Shown: piece after piece, positions 17,442 to 26,186 of the stretch
How positions within the stretch are numbered: position 1 is the stretch's first letter
How the letters are laid out: every line of letters starts with the position of its first letter
Translations under genes and position numbers: made by a program
Notes under the pieces: model-generated
Told to the model about the DNA's origin: nothing
What the model saw: the letters and a program-made list of their open reading frames with translations, nothing else
Databases searched by the model: none
Origin: Candidatus Tumulicola sp.
GTDB taxonomy: Bacteria; Vulcanimicrobiota; Vulcanimicrobiia; Vulcanimicrobiales; Vulcanimicrobiaceae
Direction: 5' to 3'
Length of the DNA: 64,000 nucleotides
Assembly (NCBI GenBank): GCA_036502885.1
Contig: DASXXU010000116.1
Location: 740-64,739, forward strand

Positions 17442-18541
17442 GATGCGTTCGGCTTCGGTTCTTGCGGGCGCAGCACCCGCAGGACGATCGTACGTAGGAT
17501 TCCCGCTACGGGGATCGCCAGCAGCAATCCGATGATGCCGCCCAGCTCGCCGCCGGCGAGCAACGCGATCAGCACCACGAACGGGCTCAGGCTAACCGTC
17601 CGGCTGACGATGTTCGGTGCCAGCAGATGACCCTCGGCCTCGAAGATTATGACGAAAGCTCCAGCCACGAATAGCGCGTTGACGATGCCGTTGCTGAGCC
17701 ACGCCGTTCCGAAGGCGGGCAGAAACGCCAGCAACGCGCCGACGTACGGAACCAGATCGCCGATCGCGGCGATCAATCCGAAGAAGAACGGATACGGAAC
17801 GTGCAAGATCAACAGCGCGATCGTTATCAACACGCCGACCGACAGTGCGACCAACAACTGGCCCCGGATAAATCCGCCCACGACGCCATCGATATCGCGC
17901 AGCAAATCGACCAGCCCGCGCCAGCGTCGCGGCGGGACTACGGAACGCAATCCGGCTTGCAAATGTTCCAGGTCCATCAACAAATACGCCGTCACCAGCG
18001 GAATGATAACGAAGGTGGTGATGGCGGCGAAACCGCCGGCCACGACGACCAACACGCGGCTGGCGCTCTCGAACCCGCGAACTTGCACCCATGTGGCGAT
18101 CTCCTTTGGCACGCGCGAGATCTCGGCGCGCAGCCAATCCGGTAACCGCGCCGTGAGCGGGTCGTTGGGGTCGTATAACAGCCGGTTGACGCGATCGGCT
18201 AAGGCCGGGTATTGGCGCATGAACGTCACGATATCGCCCGTGATGTGCGGCACGATGAACCACCCGACGCCGACCAGCCCAACGATGATGCCGGCGTACA
18301 CGATCAAGATGGCCAGCGCCGTCGGCATCCGTTTGCGCAGCCAGTGTACGGCCGGATAGATCAGATACGCGAAAAAGATCGTGCCGATCAAAACGTACGC
18401 AACCGCGCGCAATCGCTCGATGGCGCCGAACGCCGCCTGGCAAACGTACAGCGCCAGCACGACGATCATCAGAATTTTTAGCGCGTAGGTCACGCGCTTG
18501 TCGCTATACCGCCTCCACGGATCGCGCGACCGGCGCATCAT
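17438..18541 (-). CDS. AI-2E family (PerM/UPF0118) transporter
   Basis: Length 367 aa, about 8 TM, family-typical C-terminal 'LLAIPVAGILR'. 4-nt overlap with the arginase start. Confidence 0.8.
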   Translation of the reverse strand: MMRRSRDPWRRYSDKRVTYALKILMIVVLALYVCQAAFGAIERLRAVAYVLIGTIFFAYLIYPAVHWLRKRMPTALAILIVYAGIIVGLVGVGWFIVPHITGDIVTFMRQYPALADRVNRLLYDPNDPLTARLPDWLRAEISRVPKEIATWVQVRGFESASRVLVVVAGGFAAITTFVIIPLVTAYLLMDLEHLQAGLRSVVPPRRWRGLVDLLRDIDGVVGGFIRGQLLVALSVGVLITIALLILHVPYPFFFGLIAAIGDLVPYVGALLAFLPAFGTAWLSNGIVNALFVAGAFVIIFEAEGHLLAPNIVSRTVSLSPFVVLIALLAGGELGGIIGLLLAIPVAGILRTIVLRVLRPQEPKPNAS

Positions 18542-19014
18542 GCCGGTTTGTCGTCGCCGGCGTGAAACGCGGAGGGCATCGTACGCTTGACCAAACCGGA
18601 GACAGCATTGGCCGCCATCCGAACGACACCGTGCAGCGGAAACTTTCGATAGCCGTCATCGATGTCGAGCACGGCCAAGAACCACCCGAAGCGCTTCGGA
18701 AGCATCGCGCTCCATTCGCGCGCACGCCGCAAACCAGGGTCGTACGGTTGCAGCGCCGCTTCGAGCGCCGCGTCGTCGGGCGCGGCGGCCGCGACGCGCG
18801 CGAAATCGTCGTGCGTGCATCCGAGCACGCGAAGCAAGGAGCGATCCATCGGACTGTGTCCGTACAAATACGTGCCCAACGATCCGTTTTGTGCGGCACG
18901 CGCTTTATCTGCCAAGCGCGCGAGCCAGCGCACGCCACCGATCTGAGCGCTCCAGCGCCGCGGCGCGCTAGCGCACAAATTTGGAGCTTCCATCGCGCGG
19001 CCTTCGTGAAGCAA
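18538..19014 (-). CDS. DUF5069-like protein
   Basis: 'GGVRWLARLADKARAAQNGSLGTYLYGHSPMDRSLLRVLG' matches my recollection of the DUF5069 block. 4-nt overlap with the transporter gene. Confidence 0.5.
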   Translation of the reverse strand: MLHEGRAMEAPNLCASAPRRWSAQIGGVRWLARLADKARAAQNGSLGTYLYGHSPMDRSLLRVLGCTHDDFARVAAAAPDDAALEAALQPYDPGLRRAREWSAMLPKRFGWFLAVLDIDDGYRKFPLHGVVRMAANAVSGLVKRTMPSAFHAGDDKPA

Positions 19015-19067
19015 GCGGTTAGGCCCCGGTCCGTCGTTCGCGCTGCAGGACTCAGACCAGCCGTTCT

Positions 19068-20072
19068 GTGAAGCTGTCCCTGGTGTTTCGCCGCATCTCG
19101 AGCGTCCTCGTGCTCGCCGGAGTTGTGTTTGTTACCGGCTTTGGACGCGCGGACGCATTCCTGCCGGAGCCGCTCGCACAGTTAACGCACGATGCACGAA
19201 AACTCGCCGCGACGTTAGCGGCCCCGACCGCGCTCGAAGTGTTCGATCTGAGCACGGGATATCACACCGGCGTCAATTCCAGTGCCAGCATGCCGGCGGC
19301 ATCGACCATCAAAATTCCCGTAATGGTCGAGGTTTTTTCGCAGTTACAATCCGGTAAGTTCGACTTGCTAAAGCGCGTCCGATTAACCGCAGCCGACAAG
19401 GATTGGGGTTCCGGCGATCTGTGCGAAGCACCGGTTGGAACGACGTACCCGATCTCGGTGCTGCTCGACAAGATGATCGACATCAGCGACAACACCGCGA
19501 CGAACATGCTGATTCGTCTCGTAGGCCGTCGCACCATCAACCGCGACATGTCCTATTTAGGCCTCCGCCACACGCGGCTGACCGAGGATATTCGCACTGA
19601 GGATTGGGGCATACGCCAAGGACTGCGCACGTCGCCCTCGGATTTGGTCCGGTTGTTATCCATGATGGCGCGGCGCGAACTGGTCGACCAATGGTCGTCC
19701 AACGAGATGATTTCGATCCTCGAACAAGACCAGTTCAATACGCTGATTCCCGAGCCGTTGCCGCTCGATATCCCAATCGCGCATAAAACCGGGTCGTTCT
19801 CGGATACGCTCAACGATGCCGGAATCGTTTACGCCGATGACGGCCCATACGTTATCGCGGTCATGACGACGTCGCTGCGTTCGCAAGATGCGGGTCGCCG
19901 CTTCATCCACACGATTTCGAAGCTTACCTACGCCGACGAACGCCGTTTAGCGAAGTGGCGCCAACGCAGCGGGCTGACGTTCGACGCGTTCGATAGGTCT
20001 GCGCCCGGCCCAGCCGGCGCAACCTCACCCGACGTTTTTTACTGGGGCGCGGGAACCACTTCTAACCGCTGA
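19068..20072 (+). CDS. Class A beta-lactamase-like serine hydrolase (secreted)
   Basis: S-x-x-K 'ASTIK', 'SDN' ('ISDNTATN') and 'HKTGS' (KTG box). N-terminal signal/TM. GTG start. Confidence 0.8.
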   Translation: MKLSLVFRRISSVLVLAGVVFVTGFGRADAFLPEPLAQLTHDARKLAATLAAPTALEVFDLSTGYHTGVNSSASMPAASTIKIPVMVEVFSQLQSGKFDLLKRVRLTAADKDWGSGDLCEAPVGTTYPISVLLDKMIDISDNTATNMLIRLVGRRTINRDMSYLGLRHTRLTEDIRTEDWGIRQGLRTSPSDLVRLLSMMARRELVDQWSSNEMISILEQDQFNTLIPEPLPLDIPIAHKTGSFSDTLNDAGIVYADDGPYVIAVMTTSLRSQDAGRRFIHTISKLTYADERRLAKWRQRSGLTFDAFDRSAPGPAGATSPDVFYWGAGTTSNR

Positions 20073-21013
20073 CGGCTTCCCGCATATACACGCGTTAGCC
20101 ATGCGTCGTAGCGCGGCTCGAGACCGGTTACGATCCGCTGATAAAACTTCGATAAACGCTCGGTGACCGGCCCGCGCGAACCCGCGCCGACTTGACGGCG
20201 GTCGATGCTCGCAATGTGCGCGATGCCGGCGGCGGTGCCGGTAAAAAATGCCTCCTCGGCGCTGTAGAGTTCGCCGCGATCGATCGACCGCTCGATCACC
20301 TCTATGCCAAATTCCTCGCGCGCGATATGCATGATCGCACGGCGCGTGCAACCCTCCAACACGTTCTGCGACGGGTCGGGTGTATACAGCTTACCGTGTC
20401 GCACGAGGAATATATTTTCAGCCGATCCCTCGGATACGTGGCCGTCGTGCGACAACAGAATCGCCTCATCGTAGCCGTTGACAACCGCCTCGCTTTTTGC
20501 CAGAGCGGAGTTGACGTATAGCCCGGTGATCTTCGCGCGTGGTGGCGCCATCGTGTCGTCGGCCCGGCGCCACGAGCTGACGCAGACATTCAAGCCGCGT
20601 TCGGTGTCCAGGTAGCTCGTGAACGGCAATGGCACGATCGCGAACTCGTCGGGAACGCCGTGCAGGCGCACGCCGACATCTTCGGCAGCTTTGTAGACGA
20701 ACGGTCGCACGTAGATGTTCGAGCGAAAATCGTTACGGCGCGTGAGCTCTACGGTGATGTCCATCAGCTCGCTGCTCGACTTTGGCAGCGCCATCGTAAG
20801 AATTTTTGCGGAGGTCGACAAGCGATCGAAATGGTCGCGCAACAGCACCAGGGCCATGTCGTGCTCTTCCTCGAGCCAGTAGCCTCGGATGCCCTCGAAG
20901 CACCCGGTGCCATACTGCAAACCGTGCGTCATCAGGCCGACCTTGGCTTCGTCGTAGCGTTTGAAGGTGCCGCCGGCGTACACGATGGTCGATGAAAGAT
21001 CCATGGCGCTCAT
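20039..21013 (-). CDS. ilvE: Branched-chain amino acid aminotransferase
   Basis: Class IV aminotransferase blocks 'GLQYGTGCFEGIRGY' and 'EGSAENIFLV'. Length 324 aa. Confidence 0.92.
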   Translation of the reverse strand: MSAMDLSSTIVYAGGTFKRYDEAKVGLMTHGLQYGTGCFEGIRGYWLEEEHDMALVLLRDHFDRLSTSAKILTMALPKSSSELMDITVELTRRNDFRSNIYVRPFVYKAAEDVGVRLHGVPDEFAIVPLPFTSYLDTERGLNVCVSSWRRADDTMAPPRAKITGLYVNSALAKSEAVVNGYDEAILLSHDGHVSEGSAENIFLVRHGKLYTPDPSQNVLEGCTRRAIMHIAREEFGIEVIERSIDRGELYSAEEAFFTGTAAGIAHIASIDRRQVGAGSRGPVTERLSKFYQRIVTGLEPRYDAWLTRVYAGSRQRLEVVPAPQ

Positions 21014-21327
21014 TTCGATGGGATGGGAGCAAGGCCCTCACCTAGCAATAGCACTGCCCGATGACCTTCGGTGACTCGACCACGCGGCCAGGTCGAACCG
21101 TCGCGGTGCGCTGGAGACCGTGCAGCAGAGCGCCGTCGCTTTCGACGTCACGACCACGACTAATCGCTGGGCGAAAATGCGATCCCCTCATCCGTCGAGG
21201 CCGGGCTCGAGTCTTGATTCAGCTGTAGAAAAACTTCACGACTTGCCGTCGTAGTGGCAGACGTTGACGTTACCGGCGAGGGTACGACTCGTTCGGTTGG
21301 CGTCTGCACCAAGCGTAAGCCCTGGAG

Positions 21328-21546
21328 ATGAGCGCCGAATACGGCGCCGCCGAAACGCTGTTTTTGCAATGCGTTGCGCCCTTAAGCGCGCGCGGACGGT
21401 CCGATCGAGATGTTGACCATGTACTGCAGATTAGCGTCCGTACCGTCCATCATCACGTCGAAGCAATACTTAGCAAACTCGGCGTAGCCGGCCGCGAGCG
21501 CATCGCTGCCGCGCTGGACCGCTCGTCACAAATCTCGACACCCTAG
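21328..21546 (+). pseudogene. Remnant of a LuxR-type HTH regulator
   Basis: 'LSARGRSDRDV..DHVLQISVRTVHHHVEAILSKLGV' keeps the start and the recognition helix of a LuxR/GerE HTH. About 17-20 residues between them are missing, and there is no upstream receiver or sensor domain. It sits in a 576-nt stretch without another convincing ORF. Confidence 0.4.
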
Positions 21547-21590
21547 CGCGCCATCGAGGGGCCCTACTCCGCTCGCACGAACCGGCGAGC

Positions 21591-22868
21591 ATGACCGCGG
21601 CTGCGCATGGCGATCACGTTTTCGAACCGGCCCGTCTCCAAGCGGTCTTCGCCTCCGGACTGCTCGATTCGGAACGAGAATCGGCGTTCGACGACCTCAC
21701 CGCCCTTGCCGCCACGGTAATCGGCGTACCCTTCGCCTTTGCTACCGTCGTGGACAGCGAGCGTTCTTTCTGGAAAAGCGCCTTCGGCATACCGCCCGAC
21801 GGCCCGCATCAAAACACGGTGGAAGAATCGTTTTGCCAGTACGTGGTTCGATCGCAGGGCGAAGTGGTCGTATTCGATGCAGCCATCGACGAACGCACCC
21901 GAACGAATTCGTCGGTTCGCTCGATGGGCGTTCGAGCTTGGGCCGGCGTGCCGCTGCGCGGGCCGTCCGGTGAAGTCCTTGGATCGTTTTGCGCCGTCGA
22001 CACCGTACCGAAGAAATGGACTCAAGAGGATCTCGACGTCTTGCGTACGTTGGCAAGGTCGGCGTCTCGCGAGGTCGCGCTGCGCTCGGCCGTCAACGAA
22101 GAACACGAAGCGCGCTTACGAGCCGAGCTTCTCGCCCATACGTTGCAACAAAGCCTGCTGCCGCCGACGCTCACGCAGGTCGAAGGTTTGGATATCGGCG
22201 CATGTTTTCAGCCGGCCGGACACGGGCTCGAACTCGGTGGCGATTTCTACGATGTATTTCAGTCCGGCGGCGACGTTTGGACGTTCGTTATCGGCGACGT
22301 GTGCGGAAAAGGAATCGACGCTGCGCGAATCGCGACGTTGGCTCGGTATACGGTCGGCGCGGGGGCTATGCGCACGCAGGACCCATCCCAAGTGCTCGCG
22401 TGGTTGCACGAAACGCTAATCGCTCGAGCAACGTCGAGCGACCGGTTTTTAACCGCGATCGTTGGGTATTTGCGCCTCGATGACGACGGATGCAATATCC
22501 TACTCGCCAACGGGGGACACGTGCCGGCAATCGTGCGACGTGCGAACGGCGACATCGAAACGCTCCACGCGCCGGGAACGATCGTCGGTTCGTTCGTGCC
22601 CTTTTCTTCCAGCCCGGTCAAACTACGGTTACGAACCGGTGACTCGATCGTGCTCTATACCGACGGTGTCAGCGAGGCTCGCTGCAACGGAATAATGTTC
22701 GGCGAGGATGCGGTTCGCAGCGTCGTTGCGGCTATTAGTGATGCAAACTCGTCGGTCGAACTCACGCGGCGACTCGTGGAAACCGCACTCGCTTACGAAG
22801 GCGGCACGGCGCAAGACGATATGGCGGTTCTCGCGCTCAAACCTACGGACCGTCGGCTTCGATGTTGA
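21591..22868 (+). CDS. GAF domain / PP2C-type (SpoIIE, RsbU-like) protein phosphatase
   Basis: N-terminal GAF-like region ('ESFCQYVV...GVPLRGPSGEVLGSFCAVD'). C-terminal PPM blocks 'GGDFYDV', 'IGDVCGKG' and 'LYTDGVSEA'. Confidence 0.88.
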   Translation: MTAAAHGDHVFEPARLQAVFASGLLDSERESAFDDLTALAATVIGVPFAFATVVDSERSFWKSAFGIPPDGPHQNTVEESFCQYVVRSQGEVVVFDAAIDERTRTNSSVRSMGVRAWAGVPLRGPSGEVLGSFCAVDTVPKKWTQEDLDVLRTLARSASREVALRSAVNEEHEARLRAELLAHTLQQSLLPPTLTQVEGLDIGACFQPAGHGLELGGDFYDVFQSGGDVWTFVIGDVCGKGIDAARIATLARYTVGAGAMRTQDPSQVLAWLHETLIARATSSDRFLTAIVGYLRLDDDGCNILLANGGHVPAIVRRANGDIETLHAPGTIVGSFVPFSSSPVKLRLRTGDSIVLYTDGVSEARCNGIMFGEDAVRSVVAAISDANSSVELTRRLVETALAYEGGTAQDDMAVLALKPTDRRLRC

Positions 22869-23418
22869 GCGAGATGTCGACCATGTTGCCAACGAACACC
22901 GGACCGTAGCTCATCCCCCACTTCGTGCGGTCGACCGTCGTCGTGGCCGAATACGCGATGAACGAACGGCCGCGAGGCGATTTGCCGGATCCTAGAACTT
23001 GTGCGTCGAGCACGACCGGATGCGTTTGACCGACCATCGTCAGGTCGCCCGTGATCGTGAAATGTTTCGGATCCGTTCCTTCGACTTTGGTGCTAACGAA
23101 CCGGATGTCCGGCGTCGATGCTACGTTGAAGAAATGCTCGGAGCGTAAATCGCCGTCGCGATCGTCGTTATGCGTATCGATCTTCGATACGTCCAGCGCG
23201 GCCGAAACCGCAACCGGAATTTGGCCGTCGCCCGATAGCGTAACGGAGGCGGTTTTGATCGGTATCGTGCCGATCACCGGTACCACACCAAAATGCTTGG
23301 CCGTAAATTGTGCGCTGGAGTGAACGGGATCGACGCTCCACGTCGCGTTCGCCGCAAGCGCGACCGGCGCCACCGCCAGAGTGATCAGCAAAGAAGCCGC
23401 AAACGCTATAATTTTCAT
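22843..23418 (-). CDS. YceI-family (polyisoprenoid-binding) periplasmic protein
   Basis: Trimmed to 'MKIIAFAASLL', a signal peptide. 'WSVDPVHSSAQFTAKHFGVVPVIGT' is the typical YceI start. Confidence 0.85.
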   Translation of the reverse strand: MKIIAFAASLLITLAVAPVALAANATWSVDPVHSSAQFTAKHFGVVPVIGTIPIKTASVTLSGDGQIPVAVSAALDVSKIDTHNDDRDGDLRSEHFFNVASTPDIRFVSTKVEGTDPKHFTITGDLTMVGQTHPVVLDAQVLGSGKSPRGRSFIAYSATTTVDRTKWGMSYGPVFVGNMVDISLNIEADGP

Positions 23419-23504
23419 CGCACGCCCTTCGAGTGCTTCGGGGCAGGTGCCTCCGGTAGGCCGATCGACGAAGGGCGAGAAGGTCGCTCTGTAAAGGAGC
23501 ATTC

Positions 23505-24452
23505 ATGCCTCACATCGCTCGTGTTTTCACAATTGCTTCGCTGGCAGCTTTTGCCGGTTGCTCTGCGGCGCAACCCTCCTTACCGCAATCGACCGGCGAT
23601 GCCCGCGCATCCGCCAGAACCACTCGATCGTGGATCGCTCCCGATGCGAAGACTGGTGCCCTGCTCTACGTGACGGGAGGCGCGGATGTCGACGTCTTCC
23701 AGTGGCCAACGCTGCAAACCGCGGGTGTTCTGAGTGGATTCCAGCAAACGACCGGGGCGTGCGTCGACGCCGCGGGCGATGTCTGGATCGCCGATGCCTA
23801 CGCGCAGAAGTTGTACGAATACGCGCACGGTGCTACGACACCGATCGCGACGCTCGACGATGCCGCGAGCTTCCCGAACGGCTGCACCGTAAACAAACGC
23901 GACGGCAACCTCGTCGTAGGAAACGAATATAACAATAACGTCGGTAAGGGCAGCATCACGGTTTACAAACACGCCTCGGGTGCCGGTACGATTTACTATG
24001 ACTCGGACTTGGACGACGTCTTTTCGCTCGATTACGTGCCCAATGGTAATCTTTTTCTCGACGGCTGGACCGGGTATGCGTTCGCGATGCAAAAGTTCGT
24101 ACGCAAACAATTTACGACGATCCCAATCAAAGGCGCGACGATCGGATATCCGGGCGGCGTGCAATACTGGAAAGGCCAGCTGACCGTAGCCGACGCCGGC
24201 AGCACGGTTACCAATACGACGATCTACCACATTAACGAATACGGCAAGGTTCTCGGCAACACCGTCATGGGTAAGGCCTACCAAAGCTATCAATACCAGA
24301 TCATCAACGGAAAAGTTATCTGCGCGTGCTTCGAGGACCAAAACGTGCAGATTTATCCCTATCCGGGCGGCGGAAGCCCGACGAAGACACTTTCAAAGAT
24401 GAGGGGAATCCAACCGTGGGCCGCCGTCGTTAGCCCGGCAACAAAACAATGA
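23505..24452 (+). CDS. Lipoprotein, beta-propeller-like repeats, paralog A
   Basis: Lipobox 'LAAFAG|C'. Repeated short strand-rich blades ('GACVDAAGDVWIAD', 'NKRDGNLVVGN', 'PNGNLFLDG'). AAAGGAG upstream of the start. Confidence 0.75.
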   Translation: MPHIARVFTIASLAAFAGCSAAQPSLPQSTGDARASARTTRSWIAPDAKTGALLYVTGGADVDVFQWPTLQTAGVLSGFQQTTGACVDAAGDVWIADAYAQKLYEYAHGATTPIATLDDAASFPNGCTVNKRDGNLVVGNEYNNNVGKGSITVYKHASGAGTIYYDSDLDDVFSLDYVPNGNLFLDGWTGYAFAMQKFVRKQFTTIPIKGATIGYPGGVQYWKGQLTVADAGSTVTNTTIYHINEYGKVLGNTVMGKAYQSYQYQIINGKVICACFEDQNVQIYPYPGGGSPTKTLSKMRGIQPWAAVVSPATKQ

Positions 24453-25417
24453 TCGCCCGTAACGTTCGCGTTTCCCTATTGCTCGCAGCCGCGATAGCTG
24501 CCGGGTGCGCCGGTCAGAGAGCGTCCCTCCCACAGTCGCCGGGCGTTACGTTAGCCAGTGCCTCCGCGCGAGTCGCCGGATCCTGGATGGACCCGGCCGC
24601 AAAAACTCGCGCATTGTTATACGTCACCGGCGGCAGCGATGTAGACATCTACACCTGGCCGGAATTGCGGACCGCGGGCGTTCTCTCCGGATTCCAGCAG
24701 ACTACCGGAGCATGCGTCGACTCGAGCGGAAACGTGTGGATAGTCGATGCATTCGCTTTTAAACTCTACGAATACGCGCACGGCGGTACCACACCAATCG
24801 CCACCCTCGACGACCCCACCGCCTTTCCGGATTCGTGCAGCGTTAGCAAGCGCGATGGGAACCTCGCGGTCGGAAACGTGTACGACGGCAACGAAGGCAG
24901 CCTTACCGTCTACAAACATGCATCCGGCGCGGGAACGGTCTATTACGATACGGCAGTAGACGTTGTGGGACCGGTCGTCTACGCACCAAACGGAAATATT
25001 TTTCTTATCGGGCGAACCGGATTGACCTACTACGTTCAAAAACTTGTACGCAAGCAGTTTAAAACCGTTTCGATTAAAAGTCCCATTATTACGCCCTCGA
25101 TGGGCTTACAATATCAAAAGAGCGAGCTAACCATCGGTGAGCAAAGCAAGACTGCCTCTACCGCGACGATCTTTCGTATCGACGAGCACGGTAAAGTAAC
25201 CGGCCGGACGACCTTGCAACAAACCACTCAAGGTCTGCAATACGAAATAAGAGACGGGAAAGTCATCTGCGCATGCTACGGAAATGAAAGCGTGCAGGTA
25301 TACGAATATCCTGAAGGCGGAGCCCCAATCAAAGCGGTAACGAGATTTAAGGGTCTTGCGCCCATGGGTGTCGTTGTAAGTCCCGCCGTATCACCCGAAG
25401 CTAGAGCAACTCGATAA
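24449..25417 (+). CDS. Lipoprotein, beta-propeller-like repeats, paralog B
   Basis: Lipobox 'AIAAG|C'. Long blocks identical to paralog A ('TAGVLSGFQQTTGACVD', 'KLYEYAHG', 'TTPIATLDD', 'VYKHASGAGT'). ATGA overlap with A. Confidence 0.75.
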   Translation: MIARNVRVSLLLAAAIAAGCAGQRASLPQSPGVTLASASARVAGSWMDPAAKTRALLYVTGGSDVDIYTWPELRTAGVLSGFQQTTGACVDSSGNVWIVDAFAFKLYEYAHGGTTPIATLDDPTAFPDSCSVSKRDGNLAVGNVYDGNEGSLTVYKHASGAGTVYYDTAVDVVGPVVYAPNGNIFLIGRTGLTYYVQKLVRKQFKTVSIKSPIITPSMGLQYQKSELTIGEQSKTASTATIFRIDEHGKVTGRTTLQQTTQGLQYEIRDGKVICACYGNESVQVYEYPEGGAPIKAVTRFKGLAPMGVVVSPAVSPEARATR

Positions 25418-26186
25418 ACTCTCGAATCAGATCGTTGAACAACTCGGGGTTGTCGGCGTTGGCAACGTGACCGGCGTTCGGAACGATGTCGCGCTTTGCG
25501 CCCGGGATACCGGCTGCAATTTCGTCGGATAGCGGCTGGGGCGCGATGCCATCGCGCTCGCCACGCGTGACCAACACCGGCACCGCGATCGAGGGTAGAA
25601 CCGCGCGATAGTCGCCGGTCCACGTCGCCTGGGTCGACGCCAGATAGGAAGGCACAGATTTCGATGCCATTTGTTCGACGGTTTCGCGCAGGCGCTCGGG
25701 CGGAAGTCCGAGTTGTGCCGCGCGCGCCTCGGCGAACGTGCGCATGTCGCCGGCCGCGCGAACGGCCGTCTTAACATTATCGGCATATGTTTGACCGTCG
25801 GGATATTTCGCGAACGAACCGACGATCACCATCGAGCGGAACCGTTCCGGAACGCGTTGCCATAGTTCGAACGCGACCACACCGCCCAAACTGCAGCCGA
25901 TCAAATCGAACGTCTTGAAGCCGCACGCGTCCGCGACGGCTAGAACGTCGGATGCGAAGTTCTCGCGCGTGATGAGTTCCGGCGGCGGATCGCTTAAGGC
26001 GCCGTTGCCGCGCAACTCGATCGACGCGCAACGATAGTCGTCCGCAAAGGCGTCGAGCTGGTAATCCCAAATCGCGCCGGTCGAACCCACGCCATGAACG
26101 AAGATCAGCGCGGGACCGCGCTCGCCGGAAAGCCGTGCGCCGGTAACGGCGCCGTCCGGTTGCCGGATGGTTTTGGTGACGATCAC
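25401..26186 (-). CDS. Alpha/beta-fold hydrolase (enol-lactonase-like)
   Basis: 'LIFVHGVGS', the nucleophile elbow 'GCSLGG' and a C-terminal 'AGHVANADNP' His block. 4-nt overlap with the polX stop. Confidence 0.85.
   Translation of the reverse strand: MIVTKTIRQPDGAVTGARLSGERGPALIFVHGVGSTGAIWDYQLDAFADDYRCASIELRGNGALSDPPPELITRENFASDVLAVADACGFKTFDLIGCSLGGVVAFELWQRVPERFRSMVIVGSFAKYPDGQTYADNVKTAVRAAGDMRTFAEARAAQLGLPPERLRETVEQMASKSVPSYLASTQATWTGDYRAVLPSIAVPVLVTRGERDGIAPQPLSDEIAAGIPGAKRDIVPNAGHVANADNPELFNDLIREFIELL

Noticed and set aside
21061-21369. Short ORFs in the ilvE / GAF-PP2C spacer (+ frame 21061-21237; minus ORF 21160..21369).
   Set aside because: They have no motifs, mixed codon bias and mutual overlap. 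The region is better explained as decayed sequence around the LuxR remnant.
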